Below the pieces are notes generated by a model. It was not told where the DNA came from, searched no databases, and worked only from the letters and a program-made list of their open reading frames with translations. Below are positions 22,241 through 32,396 of a stretch of DNA of 64,000 nucleotides, in pieces. This stretch comes from an uncultured Verrucomicrobiae bacterium (GTDB lineage: Bacteria; Verrucomicrobiota; Verrucomicrobiia; Limisphaerales; Palsa-1400): positions 1,856,001 to 1,920,000 of the forward strand of contig OY969763.1 of NCBI GenBank assembly GCA_963702845.1, given 5' to 3'. The position numbers and the translations under genes are program-made. Positions within the stretch are counted from its first letter, which is position 1. Each line of letters starts with the position of its first letter.

Positions 22241-23716
22241 CCGCTGTTGGTTTTTTGTCACTTCTATAGAAGTAGGTAGATACGTGAAGGTTATGTCAAT
22301 TTCTTTGTCGCCTAGGGTGATCTTTTCAACGAGCGATTCGGCGATCTTGCGCTTGTCGTCGGTCGGAAGCGATGGCCATCGAGAGTAGAGGGCAGTCGCT
22401 TCGTGTAAGAGTTCGTCAGTGGAAAGCTGGTTCACTTTGTTGAAATCGACTTCGGCCTGGAGCTTCAGGAGTCCGGCGTTGAGCTGGTTCAGGCGTTCTT
22501 CGGCCGGTTTATAGAATTGGGCAAAGCCTTGTGATGTGACGGAGCCGTCAAGATACAGGCGGTGCGTACGGGTCATGTCGTCGCGAACCTTCTGGATTTC
22601 GCGCTGATGGGCGGCAAGGAGCGCTTCTTTCTCAGCCAAGGCCTTGTTTGCGTTATCGAGGTGCATGGCGATGCGTTGCGGCTGCGCAAAGAACGCTTTC
22701 ATTTCGTGTTGAAAAATGTCGTCCAAATCGGTGATGGGAATTTTGTTGTGGCACTTTGCGCAGACGTATTTGGGCGAATTGGAGCGGACATACATTTTGT
22801 GACCGCATGAGCAATGGGCGAGGTTGCCAAAGATTTGGACGGGAAGCCTTCCTGGGCGTTTGTATCCTTTATTTTGTTCTTCAATGATCTGGTTTACCTG
22901 AGTCCAAAGGCTCTCCGGCACGATGGGTTCGCATTCGATCTTGCCCCATTCGCTCTCGGGCTTCACGGCAAAGCGCCAGTCGCCGTTCTTCTTGGTGCGG
23001 TTGAAGAAATATATACCTTTGGCGCTGCTTTCGACTAACGAGCGAATGACTTGGGTGTCACGCCACGGTTTGCCTTCGCGGGTGCGGTATCCAGCGGCGT
23101 TTAGAAGTTTGGCAACGGTGCCTTTGCGGCGATGCTCCAAATAGAGTTCGTATGCTTTGCGACGGATGGGCGCTTCTTCGGGATGCGGAATGAGCTTCTT
23201 GTCCTTGAACTGGTAGCCATATGGTGCGCGTCCATTGATGGACTTACCCATTTTGGCGCGGATTGAGACTGAGGCATTCACACGCTCCACTATTTCCTCA
23301 CGCTCCCATTGGGCGAATACGGCGAGCAGATGAAAGAACATGCGGCCTCCGGCGGTGCTGGTGTCCACGGATTCGGTTAACGATACGAGATCAGCATTGT
23401 GCTTCTTAAAGAAATCGCTGAAATCCTGCACCTCGCGGATATTGCGGGACAGACGGGCGAGCTTTGAAAAAACGAGCGCGTTAATGTGGCCGCGCTGAAC
23501 ATCCTTCATCATCCGCTGCGCTTCGGGGTGCTGCATCACGGCTTTTCCGCTCTGGCCGGCAAGGTCGTATGTCTCCTTCACCGTCCAGCCTCGGGCCTGG
23601 GCGTATGCTTTGGCGCGTTCAAGATGGTGCTGCGGGCTGTCGCCGTTTTTCTGATCTTCGGTGGAGACGCGAATCCAGATGCCGACTGATTTTGGCTCTT
23701 CAAAAGTAGGCTTCAT
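22223..23716 (-). CDS. Large serine recombinase (integrase)
   Basis: IRVST catalytic motif, KLARLSRN, APYGY recombinase domain, CSCG...YVC zinc ribbon, C-terminal coiled coil. Confidence 0.92.
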   Translation of the reverse strand: MKPTFEEPKSVGIWIRVSTEDQKNGDSPQHHLERAKAYAQARGWTVKETYDLAGQSGKAVMQHPEAQRMMKDVQRGHINALVFSKLARLSRNIREVQDFSDFFKKHNADLVSLTESVDTSTAGGRMFFHLLAVFAQWEREEIVERVNASVSIRAKMGKSINGRAPYGYQFKDKKLIPHPEEAPIRRKAYELYLEHRRKGTVAKLLNAAGYRTREGKPWRDTQVIRSLVESSAKGIYFFNRTKKNGDWRFAVKPESEWGKIECEPIVPESLWTQVNQIIEEQNKGYKRPGRLPVQIFGNLAHCSCGHKMYVRSNSPKYVCAKCHNKIPITDLDDIFQHEMKAFFAQPQRIAMHLDNANKALAEKEALLAAHQREIQKVRDDMTRTHRLYLDGSVTSQGFAQFYKPAEERLNQLNAGLLKLQAEVDFNKVNQLSTDELLHEATALYSRWPSLPTDDKRKIAESLVEKITLGDKEIDITFTYLPTSIEVTKNQQRLWQPT

Positions 23717-23803
23717 AACGACGGAGAGTGTAAGTGAAACACAAACATAAATTCAAGAAAAACCGTAAGCGACTTACTAACATTTTCTGTTACGTTGTGG
23801 ACA

Positions 23804-24040
23804 ATGACGAAGAAAAAACTCTTGGACGAATCTGGCTTGGCACAACTCGCAAAAGAGTTCCGTAAGGCTGCGGGTAAAACGAAAGTTGCCGCTGCAAAGG
23901 AATTGGGAGTCCAACATCCAGCGATTTTCCACGCCGAGGAAAGCCCGAACCAAAGCATGCTCAAGCTTCGCATCCGCATCATCGAAGCGTATTCGCCGTA
24001 TAAGGTCATCGGGCCGGTGTTCTTTCTTAAAAAGAAATGA
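23804..24040 (+). CDS. Small HTH regulator divergent from the recombinase
   Basis: AKEFRKAAGKTKVAAAKELGVQHPAIFHAE HTH-like pattern. Confidence 0.6.
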   Translation: MTKKKLLDESGLAQLAKEFRKAAGKTKVAAAKELGVQHPAIFHAEESPNQSMLKLRIRIIEAYSPYKVIGPVFFLKKK

Positions 24041-24043
24041 AGA

Positions 24044-27000
24044 TTACTTTTTCTTTCGCATTGTTTCGGTAAGCAGCGCAAATGCGGCTGCTTCACGCGC
24101 CTTCACTTCTTCGTCCGTGAGGGTCACCACGCTACGCTTCACTTTGTATTTACCGATTTGTGATTCATTGCTCGCTGGCTTCGTTGAACTGGATTCTTGG
24201 GTTGCGATGGTTCGCAGATGCGACAGAAAGGCTTCGGGAACATAAAATCCAACACTCGTCATTTCTGATTCCGGCACGCACGAGCGCACGGCAGTTTCGA
24301 TCTTTTGCAACCGGTCGGTGCCTGGTGAAATCACCGCCACATGTTTGAAACCGGCTTTTAAGCACTTAGCGACGTTGCCGACTTCGTGATCGACTGTCGT
24401 GGTGATGGCGATCTCACACGCAATCGAGGACTCTGGCTTTTCAAGGACGACATCTACTTTTCCTCCCGAACCCGTGGCATGTTCCCGCGAGGTCGTGTAT
24501 CCAAGGAGACGCGCTGCTTCTTCAATTCGTTCGCGTATGAGATTGTGCTGGTGTCCTCCAATGCCTTTGTCCTCGCGCTCTATCTGGAGCGGAACTGCGG
24601 CAACCTGTGCTACAGGTTTCGTTTCCGTATCCGCTGGTTTCGGCTGCGATTCTTTGACTGGCGGCTGTGGTATTGCGGCTGGCTGACTTGGCGTCGGTTC
24701 TAAAATCTCGGCAGCCTTCGCGACTATGGGCGTCACGGGCTCAATTTCAGTTGCTTCGTGAGACGCGAGAGGCTTGCGACTGACTGTTGCCTCAGCTTTG
24801 GAAAATTTAGGTTTGGATGGCTCGACATTCCAGGCTTGGCGTAGCATGGCTTCCACTTCCGCCCGTGGTGTTCCATATTTTTTTCTCGAACCAGTAATAA
24901 CGTCTTGTCGTCGGGCGGCTGCATCCGTTTCGTCAACCTGATCGGGAAGAATGACGCTCAAATTAAAATCAAAGCTGCTGCGCTGGACACGAGCAATGGC
25001 ATGGCCTGTTTCAAGGTTCTTGAGGTCATTGGCCTCAAAGGATGAAAAACCTTCGGCTAGCTTTCGCGCATCATCGTCACTCACGCGAAACACAATGCGG
25101 GTGAATGGATGAGTCATAACTGCGCTGGCCACGTCGGGACTGCGCTGCAACTGGTGAAGCTCGTGATGGGCGAGTGTTAGTCCAATTCGGTATTTGCGTG
25201 CGCCAGAGAGTATTTCTGCCATGGAAGGGGTGATAAAATTTGCGAATTCATCCGCATATATCCAGTAGTCGCGCCTCGCCGCAATGTTTTTGGCCTGACG
25301 CGCCATGGCAAGCTGATGGAATTTGGAAATGAGCAATGTGCCTAACAGATACGAGTTTTCTCGGCCCAGCAAACCTTCCGGCAATTTCGCCAAAAAGATT
25401 TTTCTCGAATCCATGATGTCGCCGAAATCTAAGCGGTTGGTGGACTGTGAAACCATGTATGCAATCGGCTTCTGTGCGAGAAACATTTCCAGTCGCGTGA
25501 GGACCGGACCGATGGATTTGTTACCGGAGAGATGCGAAAAGCCTTTGTGCCAATAGTAGAGCACGTTCGGATCGGAAACGGATTTAAGGAATTCTGCTCG
25601 AAACGCTGGCTCGATTAAGAAACGGCGTAAGTCGGCAAGCGTTCCGCGCCGGTCACTGTTGAGGAAAGCGAGAATAGCGTTTTGAAGGACGCTCTGCATC
25701 TGATCGCCCCATGACGTGGAGAGACGTTGAAAAACAGATACGAGGTCAGATGCAAGGAGCGTCTTTTCGTGCTCGCTGTGCGCCGAAAGAATATTGAACC
25801 CGATTGAGTATTCTTCGTCTGATGGGTCAACGAGAACGACGTCTTCAATGCGCTCCAGTGGAATGACTCCCAAAATTCGATCGATCAAATCGCCGTGCGG
25901 GTCCAGCACCGCTACACCCGCTCCGTTTTCAACGTCCTGCTTGATGAGATTGAACAGGAGCGTGGATTTGCCGGTGCCGGTAGCTCCTATGATGTGGGTA
26001 TGATATACGCGCTGCTCCGGCGTGAGCTGGACGGAAACGCTATTTCCCAAGTGTTCGTTATTGCCAAGCAGAAGACCTGTCGCATTGCGCACGATGTCAG
26101 GCGCAATTTTGGTTCTGCCCGCATCGCGCTCCAAAGCGGCGGAACGAACTGCACTCGACGGCAAGTGAACAAATCCTATGAGTTCGTCACTCGTGAGGAG
26201 CATTCCTGCGCGACGCGATTGACGGCGCAAGACATCCTCTATGTGGTCGTAATACGGATAGTCGTCGTTTGCGAGGGGAATGAGTTCGTTGCCGTGCGGA
26301 TTGGCGAACACACGCAACGATGCCGCAAGCTCACGCGCAATATTCAACGAGGTCGTAAAATCATCGGTCTTAACCGCAATGCGAACGACTGCGGCATACA
26401 GCGGTCGCGAACCCTTGGCCTCTGCTGCGTGTGTGAGTTCCGGCCGGTTCACGAAATACGGCTTGCCGTCCGCGTGCGAGACCGAGGCGACGATGCTCTC
26501 CGGCCAATCTTCTTGCGTCACCTGAAACAGCACCTGAAACAGGGCAATCTCGTCTTGTTTCAATTCCGCAAGCGCGCCGACGATCCCGACGAACGGATCG
26601 ATCTTTCCGCTCAGAAGCGAGAACATGAATTCTCGCGCAAGGCCGAATTCGACGATAACAGCGTCTTCGCCCGCGCATTCATTCCATACGCGTTCCAGAG
26701 AGCTGTCGCGTTGCTGAAATGACGCGCCAGAGAAGTGCGCTTGTAACTGGCGGCGAACTGCCGAAGCGTCGTCTTCGCTCGTGACAAATTGGACGCTTAC
26801 ACGTCCGCTAATCCCCACGAGTTCAAATGCAATCGGTTCACGGCAGAGCGACAGGTTCTGTAGAAAATGCTCGAATGAATCCTTGCCGACGTTGAGATCG
26901 GCGGGAAGCGAGGTTTGGAATTCGACCAATGCATCGCGTGAAAGTGGCGTTGGTTCCGGCTCGTCCCGATTGTCCGTCTCGGTCGTGTGTGGCGGTGAGT

Positions 27001-27214
27001 CACTCGAAAGCTTCCGGCTCAACTTCTCGACGAATGAACTAAGAAACGTCGGCTTGCGTCCGTCGTCAACGACCGGCGCGGCAGGTAGGTAATGACCATT
27101 GAAAGGAGCAAACGGCGGCTCGGGATACACTGGCTCGCCATACACTTTCCATCCCCGTCCACGCTGTTCCCAGCGGTAGAATTGATCTGACAGTTGTTCG
27201 TGAATCCCTGGCAT
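24044..27214 (-). CDS. VirD4/TraD-like (DUF87/HerA clade) coupling ATPase, 1056 aa, with C-terminal PD-(D/E)XK-like domain
   Basis: HTHIIGATGTGKST Walker A, LDPHGD, WGDQM, YADEF Walker B, GARKYR, LAH; Pro-rich linker, then GKVDVV...IACEI. Confidence 0.85.
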   Translation of the reverse strand: MPGIHEQLSDQFYRWEQRGRGWKVYGEPVYPEPPFAPFNGHYLPAAPVVDDGRKPTFLSSFVEKLSRKLSSDSPPHTTETDNRDEPEPTPLSRDALVEFQTSLPADLNVGKDSFEHFLQNLSLCREPIAFELVGISGRVSVQFVTSEDDASAVRRQLQAHFSGASFQQRDSSLERVWNECAGEDAVIVEFGLAREFMFSLLSGKIDPFVGIVGALAELKQDEIALFQVLFQVTQEDWPESIVASVSHADGKPYFVNRPELTHAAEAKGSRPLYAAVVRIAVKTDDFTTSLNIARELAASLRVFANPHGNELIPLANDDYPYYDHIEDVLRRQSRRAGMLLTSDELIGFVHLPSSAVRSAALERDAGRTKIAPDIVRNATGLLLGNNEHLGNSVSVQLTPEQRVYHTHIIGATGTGKSTLLFNLIKQDVENGAGVAVLDPHGDLIDRILGVIPLERIEDVVLVDPSDEEYSIGFNILSAHSEHEKTLLASDLVSVFQRLSTSWGDQMQSVLQNAILAFLNSDRRGTLADLRRFLIEPAFRAEFLKSVSDPNVLYYWHKGFSHLSGNKSIGPVLTRLEMFLAQKPIAYMVSQSTNRLDFGDIMDSRKIFLAKLPEGLLGRENSYLLGTLLISKFHQLAMARQAKNIAARRDYWIYADEFANFITPSMAEILSGARKYRIGLTLAHHELHQLQRSPDVASAVMTHPFTRIVFRVSDDDARKLAEGFSSFEANDLKNLETGHAIARVQRSSFDFNLSVILPDQVDETDAAARRQDVITGSRKKYGTPRAEVEAMLRQAWNVEPSKPKFSKAEATVSRKPLASHEATEIEPVTPIVAKAAEILEPTPSQPAAIPQPPVKESQPKPADTETKPVAQVAAVPLQIEREDKGIGGHQHNLIRERIEEAARLLGYTTSREHATGSGGKVDVVLEKPESSIACEIAITTTVDHEVGNVAKCLKAGFKHVAVISPGTDRLQKIETAVRSCVPESEMTSVGFYVPEAFLSHLRTIATQESSSTKPASNESQIGKYKVKRSVVTLTDEEVKAREAAAFALLTETMRKKK

Positions 27215-27220
27215 AACGCG

Positions 27221-27931
27221 CTATGACTGTGGTGGGGCCGGCGGCTCCTGCGGTCTTACGGGCTTGTATAGTTCGCCGAGGATCGGCGCGAGTTCATATT
27301 GGCGGACGAGTTTGACGCCTTTTTGTCCCGTCACGTCTTCGGCCAGCTTTTTTACAATGTTCGAAACGGTATCCAAGTAGATGAGACGGGTATCAACGCG
27401 GTAGTATGTCTCTTTCCTGAACCACGCTTCATAGATCGCACCGAAAAGGGGTGACTGGATGAGCGCCGTGTCCAAGTCGCGCAATCCCATTGCGACCGCA
27501 TTGCGCAGGACATAGCAGGCACCGAGCAAGAGCGCCATAAGCACGATTGGTCCTAGAAACACTCCGACAAAACGCATCGACAGATACAGCACGATGAGCA
27601 ATCCAACGATCATGATGAGAAGTTGTGTTAGATGAACCACCACGGGAATCTGAGCCATGCGGCACGAGAAAAATGATCCGTTCCCGAATTGAGCAGCACA
27701 GATGTCGAATACAAGGCGCTCGCGAATCATGCGCAGATACGTGCGCTTGTGCGACAGTGCGCCGCCTTCGGCAAATTCTACACGGGTCATTTCAAGACCT
27801 GGCAAACACCGCTCCTTAACCGCAAGTTCGATGTCTTTGTAGAATTCTGTCGGCTGGCATTGGAAATTCTCCGCTGCCGCTATCCAGTGATTGAGGACTT
27901 CGGCCTCGCGCTTTCTGAACGATGAAAACAT
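27221..27931 (-). CDS. Hypothetical membrane protein
   Basis: 236-aa ORF with two hydrophobic segments, 6 bp upstream of the coupling ATPase. Confidence 0.7.
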   Translation of the reverse strand: MFSSFRKREAEVLNHWIAAAENFQCQPTEFYKDIELAVKERCLPGLEMTRVEFAEGGALSHKRTYLRMIRERLVFDICAAQFGNGSFFSCRMAQIPVVVHLTQLLIMIVGLLIVLYLSMRFVGVFLGPIVLMALLLGACYVLRNAVAMGLRDLDTALIQSPLFGAIYEAWFRKETYYRVDTRLIYLDTVSNIVKKLAEDVTGQKGVKLVRQYELAPILGELYKPVRPQEPPAPPQS

Positions 27932-27946
27932 GCGCCCTTCCTCCCA

Positions 27947-28381
27947 TTATTTTCTGGCGGCGATGCCGAGAATCGCGGCGGCAATAAGTCCAATCCAAGC
28001 TCCAGCGGCCAACCCCTGAAGGATGTTGTGTTCCTGGCTATACCCGTATGCCAAAATGACGAACGGAATCGCAGCGCATAGCTGACCGGCGATTTTGTAG
28101 TTCTTGCCCAAACCCGCGCCGCATGAGATTACCGCGAAGACAGGCATCGTCCAGAGCATGATCGCGTTGCCGCCTTCTTTGGTGAAATCGAATCCTGATG
28201 GGTGAGCCCAGAGGACATTGACCCAGGGAAGGAAAAATGAAACTCCGACAACCAATGAGAAAATGATGATAATGTGAGAACGCTGAAATGATACGTTCCG
28301 CGATGATGCCGTTGGTTCGATGATAGTTTCGGTTTTGTGAGGTGTGGTTTGTGCCGGTTCGAAGCTTTGCGTATCTGCCAT
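27947..28381 (-). CDS. Hypothetical membrane protein
   Basis: Four hydrophobic segments (FFLPW motif); co-oriented with the downstream genes. Confidence 0.65.
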   Translation of the reverse strand: MADTQSFEPAQTTPHKTETIIEPTASSRNVSFQRSHIIIIFSLVVGVSFFLPWVNVLWAHPSGFDFTKEGGNAIMLWTMPVFAVISCGAGLGKNYKIAGQLCAAIPFVILAYGYSQEHNILQGLAAGAWIGLIAAAILGIAARK

Positions 28382-28638
28382 ATAATGCCTGTCCACTTGG
28401 TTGATGCCATGCGCTGGCCGCGCGAGCCGTTGGGTGAATGGCCGCTACAATAGCTTTCGATGCTTCCACGTCAATCCTAATTAGTTGACACAATAAGCCT
28501 CTCTCGAAAAGAGAACCTGGCAACCACATTTTTTGCCGCTGCACTCGCCATGTTATGACTGATTCCATTCTTTCAAAGAGTGTATAAAAAAGCTTTTAGT
28601 TGGCTTGTGCGTCAGTAATTCTCCGCTTGTCACCGGAA

Positions 28639-28900
28639 TGAGCAAACGAGCTTTCATCAAAGATCCGCTGTGGGGCAATGTTGAATTTTGTTCATGGGAG
28701 ATATGTCTGACGGACCATTTCATCTTTAACCGTTTCGCAAATATTTATCCGAAACTCAAACGCATTCAAAGAATACTCTCGGTTTCTCCACGCAATTGGT
28801 GTCGTGCATATCACAACACAATTGTTTAGTAGTTCACTACGTAACGCTTACGGAGACGAGTTGAAGAAGTTGCACAAAGAGGAAAAGACCTTCAACTGGA
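28639..28900 (+). pseudogene. HD-domain phosphohydrolase N-terminal remnant
   Basis: MSKRAFIKDPLWGNVEF...FNR, then in a shifted frame NSNAFKEYSRFLHAIGVVHI. This resembles the 'DPxxG...SRFxHSxGV' start of HD dNTPase-like proteins; truncated. Confidence 0.55.
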
Positions 28901-29140
28901 GCTTTCAAAGAATGAGAATCGGTACTCCCGGAAGGTGAATAAGTGTGATAGCTGGCGGTGCCATATCAGAAGAGGAGAACAGGCCTAAAATTCCGAACCA
29001 AGTGTTATCCGCCTCGTAAAAGCCGTCGAGGGGCGTTTTTTTCATATCGTCCCATGAACAGACCACTGAAAGAAATAGGGCGAGCAATAGGAATCCAACC
29101 TCAGTGTTAATCAGCACGAAATGCATTAGGTTAAACCTAA

Positions 29141-29629
29141 TTAAACCAACGCAGAATTCACCGAACCCACAATCATTTGTTTCTGATTACCGTAGCAAGC
29201 GTCGCGTCGCATACGAATGTGCTCAATACCTGCGTCCAAAAACACATTTCCTTCCTCAGAGAAACCAAGTTTTTTATAGAAACCCACAACAAAAACTTGT
29301 GAATTGAGGTAAACTGTTTCCACTTTGATTTCAACAGCATAACTTAGAGCCTTTTCGATTAATCGTCGACCAACGCCTCTTCCGCGTCGTTCTTTGCTTA
29401 CAGCCACACGCCCGATTTTCATTGCCCCATCTCTTGTTACCATTCGAAGAGTACCAACAATGTCTGATTCTTCCCAAGCAACAAGATGGGGCGAAATCCA
29501 ATCGAAATGGTCGATCTCCTCATGCATCGGCACCCCTAGCTCGACAACGAACACCCTATAGCGTAAGGCCAAAACACCGTCCATTGAAGCGGTGCTGCCT
29601 TCTATCATTTCAATGCGTTCGACATTCAT
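29141..29629 (-). CDS. GNAT family N-acetyltransferase (ElaA/YjcF-like)
   Basis: LRYRVFVVE, KIGRVAV..RRGRGVG, LNSQ, FYKKLGF, DAGIEH. Confidence 0.88.
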   Translation of the reverse strand: MNVERIEMIEGSTASMDGVLALRYRVFVVELGVPMHEEIDHFDWISPHLVAWEESDIVGTLRMVTRDGAMKIGRVAVSKERRGRGVGRRLIEKALSYAVEIKVETVYLNSQVFVVGFYKKLGFSEEGNVFLDAGIEHIRMRRDACYGNQKQMIVGSVNSALV

Positions 29630-29632
29630 GAT

Positions 29633-30619
29633 TCATGACTTAAGTAGTAGGTCTGTCAGAATATCACGAGCCTCAATTATTGCACTTTTTTCAATATATT
29701 CATCCTGTGTATGTGCCTGCGCTATTGAGCCGGGCCCAAATAGCATCACTTTTTCGAACCTCTCAAAGTAGTGAGCCGCGTCTGATGAGAAATGAACAAC
29801 AACGGAGGTTGAAGAATGTTGCTCAGGCACAAATAATTCCACGGGCTCAATAGGTTTACTTCGAACCGTTAGGCACGATTCTCTAACCTTTTCCGAGATG
29901 ACACGGAAAACTTCGGTGGAATTTCCTTCAAATCGAGTGCAAAGTTGGGCCGATGCTAGGCTTGCTGTCATATTCGGGGCGGTACCGCCTTCAAGTCGTC
30001 CAACGTTCACTTGATAGGAATCTTGTAAATTTGGCTGTAAGCGACTCAAGTCACTGAGAAGTCGATGAATTGCTGAGTCCGCGGTATCGGAGGAACTATG
30101 GTGTTCGATACCTTGAGCTGTCAGCGTGCATTCCATGACGCCACGTGAACGACGAGCGAAGCGATTCTCCGTTGGCTCCCCATTGATAAGGAACTTGGAT
30201 CCGAGTTTCGAGTGACTGACAGCAAACTGGGCACCTATCCCGTCCACCTCCTCGCCTACAACAAAAAAGCACGCGTAATCACGCAACCCTTTGGTGATCG
30301 CTTGCTCCAATGCCCAAAGCTGTGTAACAATTTGTCCCTTCGCATCGCAAGCGCCCCTACCCGAAATTCTAGTCGCATTTTCGCTGACGTCTATTCTTCC
30401 AGGAACCGTATCGAAGTGTGTTGTAAGGGTATATTTGGGTGATCCTTTAACGAGAATGATGTTGTTGCGCCCCTTGGAAACTTCTTGGAACGCGAGATAG
30501 TCATGATCAAGATACGCATTTATGAATTGGTAGAGAAGTTCTCCAGCACTCGCCTCATCGGGGGAAACAGATTCGCATCTGACAAGGTCCACCAATAATT
30601 TAAAATAATCGAGACACAT
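29633..30619 (-). CDS. M20 family metallo-amidohydrolase (ArgE/DapE-like deacylase)
   Basis: THFDTV, GRGACDAKG, GEE, GEPT, GPGSIAQAH. Confidence 0.88.
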   Translation of the reverse strand: MCLDYFKLLVDLVRCESVSPDEASAGELLYQFINAYLDHDYLAFQEVSKGRNNIILVKGSPKYTLTTHFDTVPGRIDVSENATRISGRGACDAKGQIVTQLWALEQAITKGLRDYACFFVVGEEVDGIGAQFAVSHSKLGSKFLINGEPTENRFARRSRGVMECTLTAQGIEHHSSSDTADSAIHRLLSDLSRLQPNLQDSYQVNVGRLEGGTAPNMTASLASAQLCTRFEGNSTEVFRVISEKVRESCLTVRSKPIEPVELFVPEQHSSTSVVVHFSSDAAHYFERFEKVMLFGPGSIAQAHTQDEYIEKSAIIEARDILTDLLLKS

Positions 30620-30716
30620 AACATTTCACATACGAGTTACAGAACCATTGATTCAAATACTCTCAGCGATAGATATCATCCGGACAGTGTAACGAATGCC
30701 CCAATTCCAATCGCTC

Positions 30717-32378
30717 TTATGAAAGCTTCGTGATAAAGAACCCATTCAGAACCATATTCTTAACCGGTGAGTTCATAAAAGTTGTGAGAGCTTGCGCTGG
30801 TGTCTCCACAATAGGCTCATCCTTGCCGTTGAATGATGTGTTTAGAATAATAGAGGTTCCGGTTAATTCACCAACTCGCCCAACCAACGCGTAAACCTGA
30901 GGGTTTTGATAGCGGTTTACTGTCTGGACTCGTGCTGTATCGTCAACATGCACAATACCGGGAGCAACAGCTTTTGTGTGAACTAGGGTCTTCGGAGCAA
31001 AAAGCATAAACGGAGAAGATGCAGGTGAACCAAAAAACTTCGACGACTGTTCTTCCATGACAATTGGTGCCAACGGTCTGAACATCTCGCGAAATTTGAC
31101 ATGCTCATTTATGTAGTCTTTAGTGGTCGCCCGCCCTGGATTCGCCAAAATGCTGCGGTAGCCCAATGCACGTGGACCGATCTCAGCTCCCATTTGGAAC
31201 CACATTACAATATCGTGGCGCGCCAGAATCTGAGCGGTCCGTTCGATGAGCGCATCCTCGTTACATTCCTGAATCTCAAGCTTATGCTTATATCCTGCTA
31301 AAGCGCTCCATGTCTCCGAACGGGAGTATGTGCGTCCAAAATTTGTGCGATCTAGTCGACCGCTCCGTGGTAGTCCAAGAATTGTATGAGCTACGAAATA
31401 AGCAGCACCGAAAGAAATGCCGTTATCTCCTGGCGCAGGAAAAACAAAAATATCTTTGAAAGGCGAGTTTTCAAGGAGAAAACTATTCGCTACGCAATTC
31501 AACCCGACTCCGCCAGCAATACATAAACTGTCTGTCTTTGTTAAGCGATGCAGCAATTTCACGTAAAACAGAAGGACCTCATTCAGAATCAATTGGAAAG
31601 TAGCCGCAATATCCGCTCGCACTTCGAATTCCTGCCGATTTGGAACCTCTCGATTTAAGTCTTCCCACAGCCCCCCGTTGTTAATTTGCACTTCATCATC
31701 GAGGTAGCGAACATGTTTCATCACGAGGTTACGATACTTCGGCAGGCCATACGAACTCAGTCCCATAGTTTTTCCTTCGTCAAATAATCCAAAACCAGAA
31801 AGAAGAGTTCCAATTCTATAGAACACTCCAAGAGAGTTTTCCATGTCGTAGTAGTTTGAAACCTTGCCGCTCACCGTGCGGTGAACCTTCACCTGATTAT
31901 TTAGGCCGGAGCCAAGAAGGACAGTCTCATACGTACTCTCCGCAACGAGATCGCCGTAACCATCGGCAACCAATATTGCAGCGTTTTCAAACCCTGAAGA
32001 AAAGAACGTCGAAGTTGCGTGCGCAAGATGATGGTTGAGAAATATCGCACGTTCACGGAAAGGGACAGCCTTGTGCAGAGAATTCCCAGCCACGATCGCA
32101 ACATCTTCCAAAGTAATACCTGCGGCGTCTAAACAATACTGCATTGCAGGCGTGAGATTTTTTTCATTTTCTTGTGAATCCTTTGCTTCTAGATTCATTA
32201 GCGAAAATTGCGCGGGATTGTATCGTGACTCACCGTAAAGATGCAAAGCGTGCTTCGCACGAGACAATCGTTCTTCTTCAATAGCCACAACGATATCAGC
32301 GCCTTTGAACAGGCAAACAGACCGATCATGCAGCGAATCCGAAAATCCAATTATGAATTGCGAGGTGTGTTTGGACAT
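30717..32378 (-). CDS. Carbamoyltransferase (NodU/CmcH/TobZ family)
   Basis: HDRS, EEERLSR, HHLAHA, DGYG, GGVGLNC, GPRALG.RSIL, KFRE.FRP, HVDDTARVQTV, LNTSFN. Confidence 0.93.
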   Translation of the reverse strand: MSKHTSQFIIGFSDSLHDRSVCLFKGADIVVAIEEERLSRAKHALHLYGESRYNPAQFSLMNLEAKDSQENEKNLTPAMQYCLDAAGITLEDVAIVAGNSLHKAVPFRERAIFLNHHLAHATSTFFSSGFENAAILVADGYGDLVAESTYETVLLGSGLNNQVKVHRTVSGKVSNYYDMENSLGVFYRIGTLLSGFGLFDEGKTMGLSSYGLPKYRNLVMKHVRYLDDEVQINNGGLWEDLNREVPNRQEFEVRADIAATFQLILNEVLLFYVKLLHRLTKTDSLCIAGGVGLNCVANSFLLENSPFKDIFVFPAPGDNGISFGAAYFVAHTILGLPRSGRLDRTNFGRTYSRSETWSALAGYKHKLEIQECNEDALIERTAQILARHDIVMWFQMGAEIGPRALGYRSILANPGRATTKDYINEHVKFREMFRPLAPIVMEEQSSKFFGSPASSPFMLFAPKTLVHTKAVAPGIVHVDDTARVQTVNRYQNPQVYALVGRVGELTGTSIILNTSFNGKDEPIVETPAQALTTFMNSPVKNMVLNGFFITKLS

Positions 32379-32396
32379 AAAAAATGGGTTTAGCTG

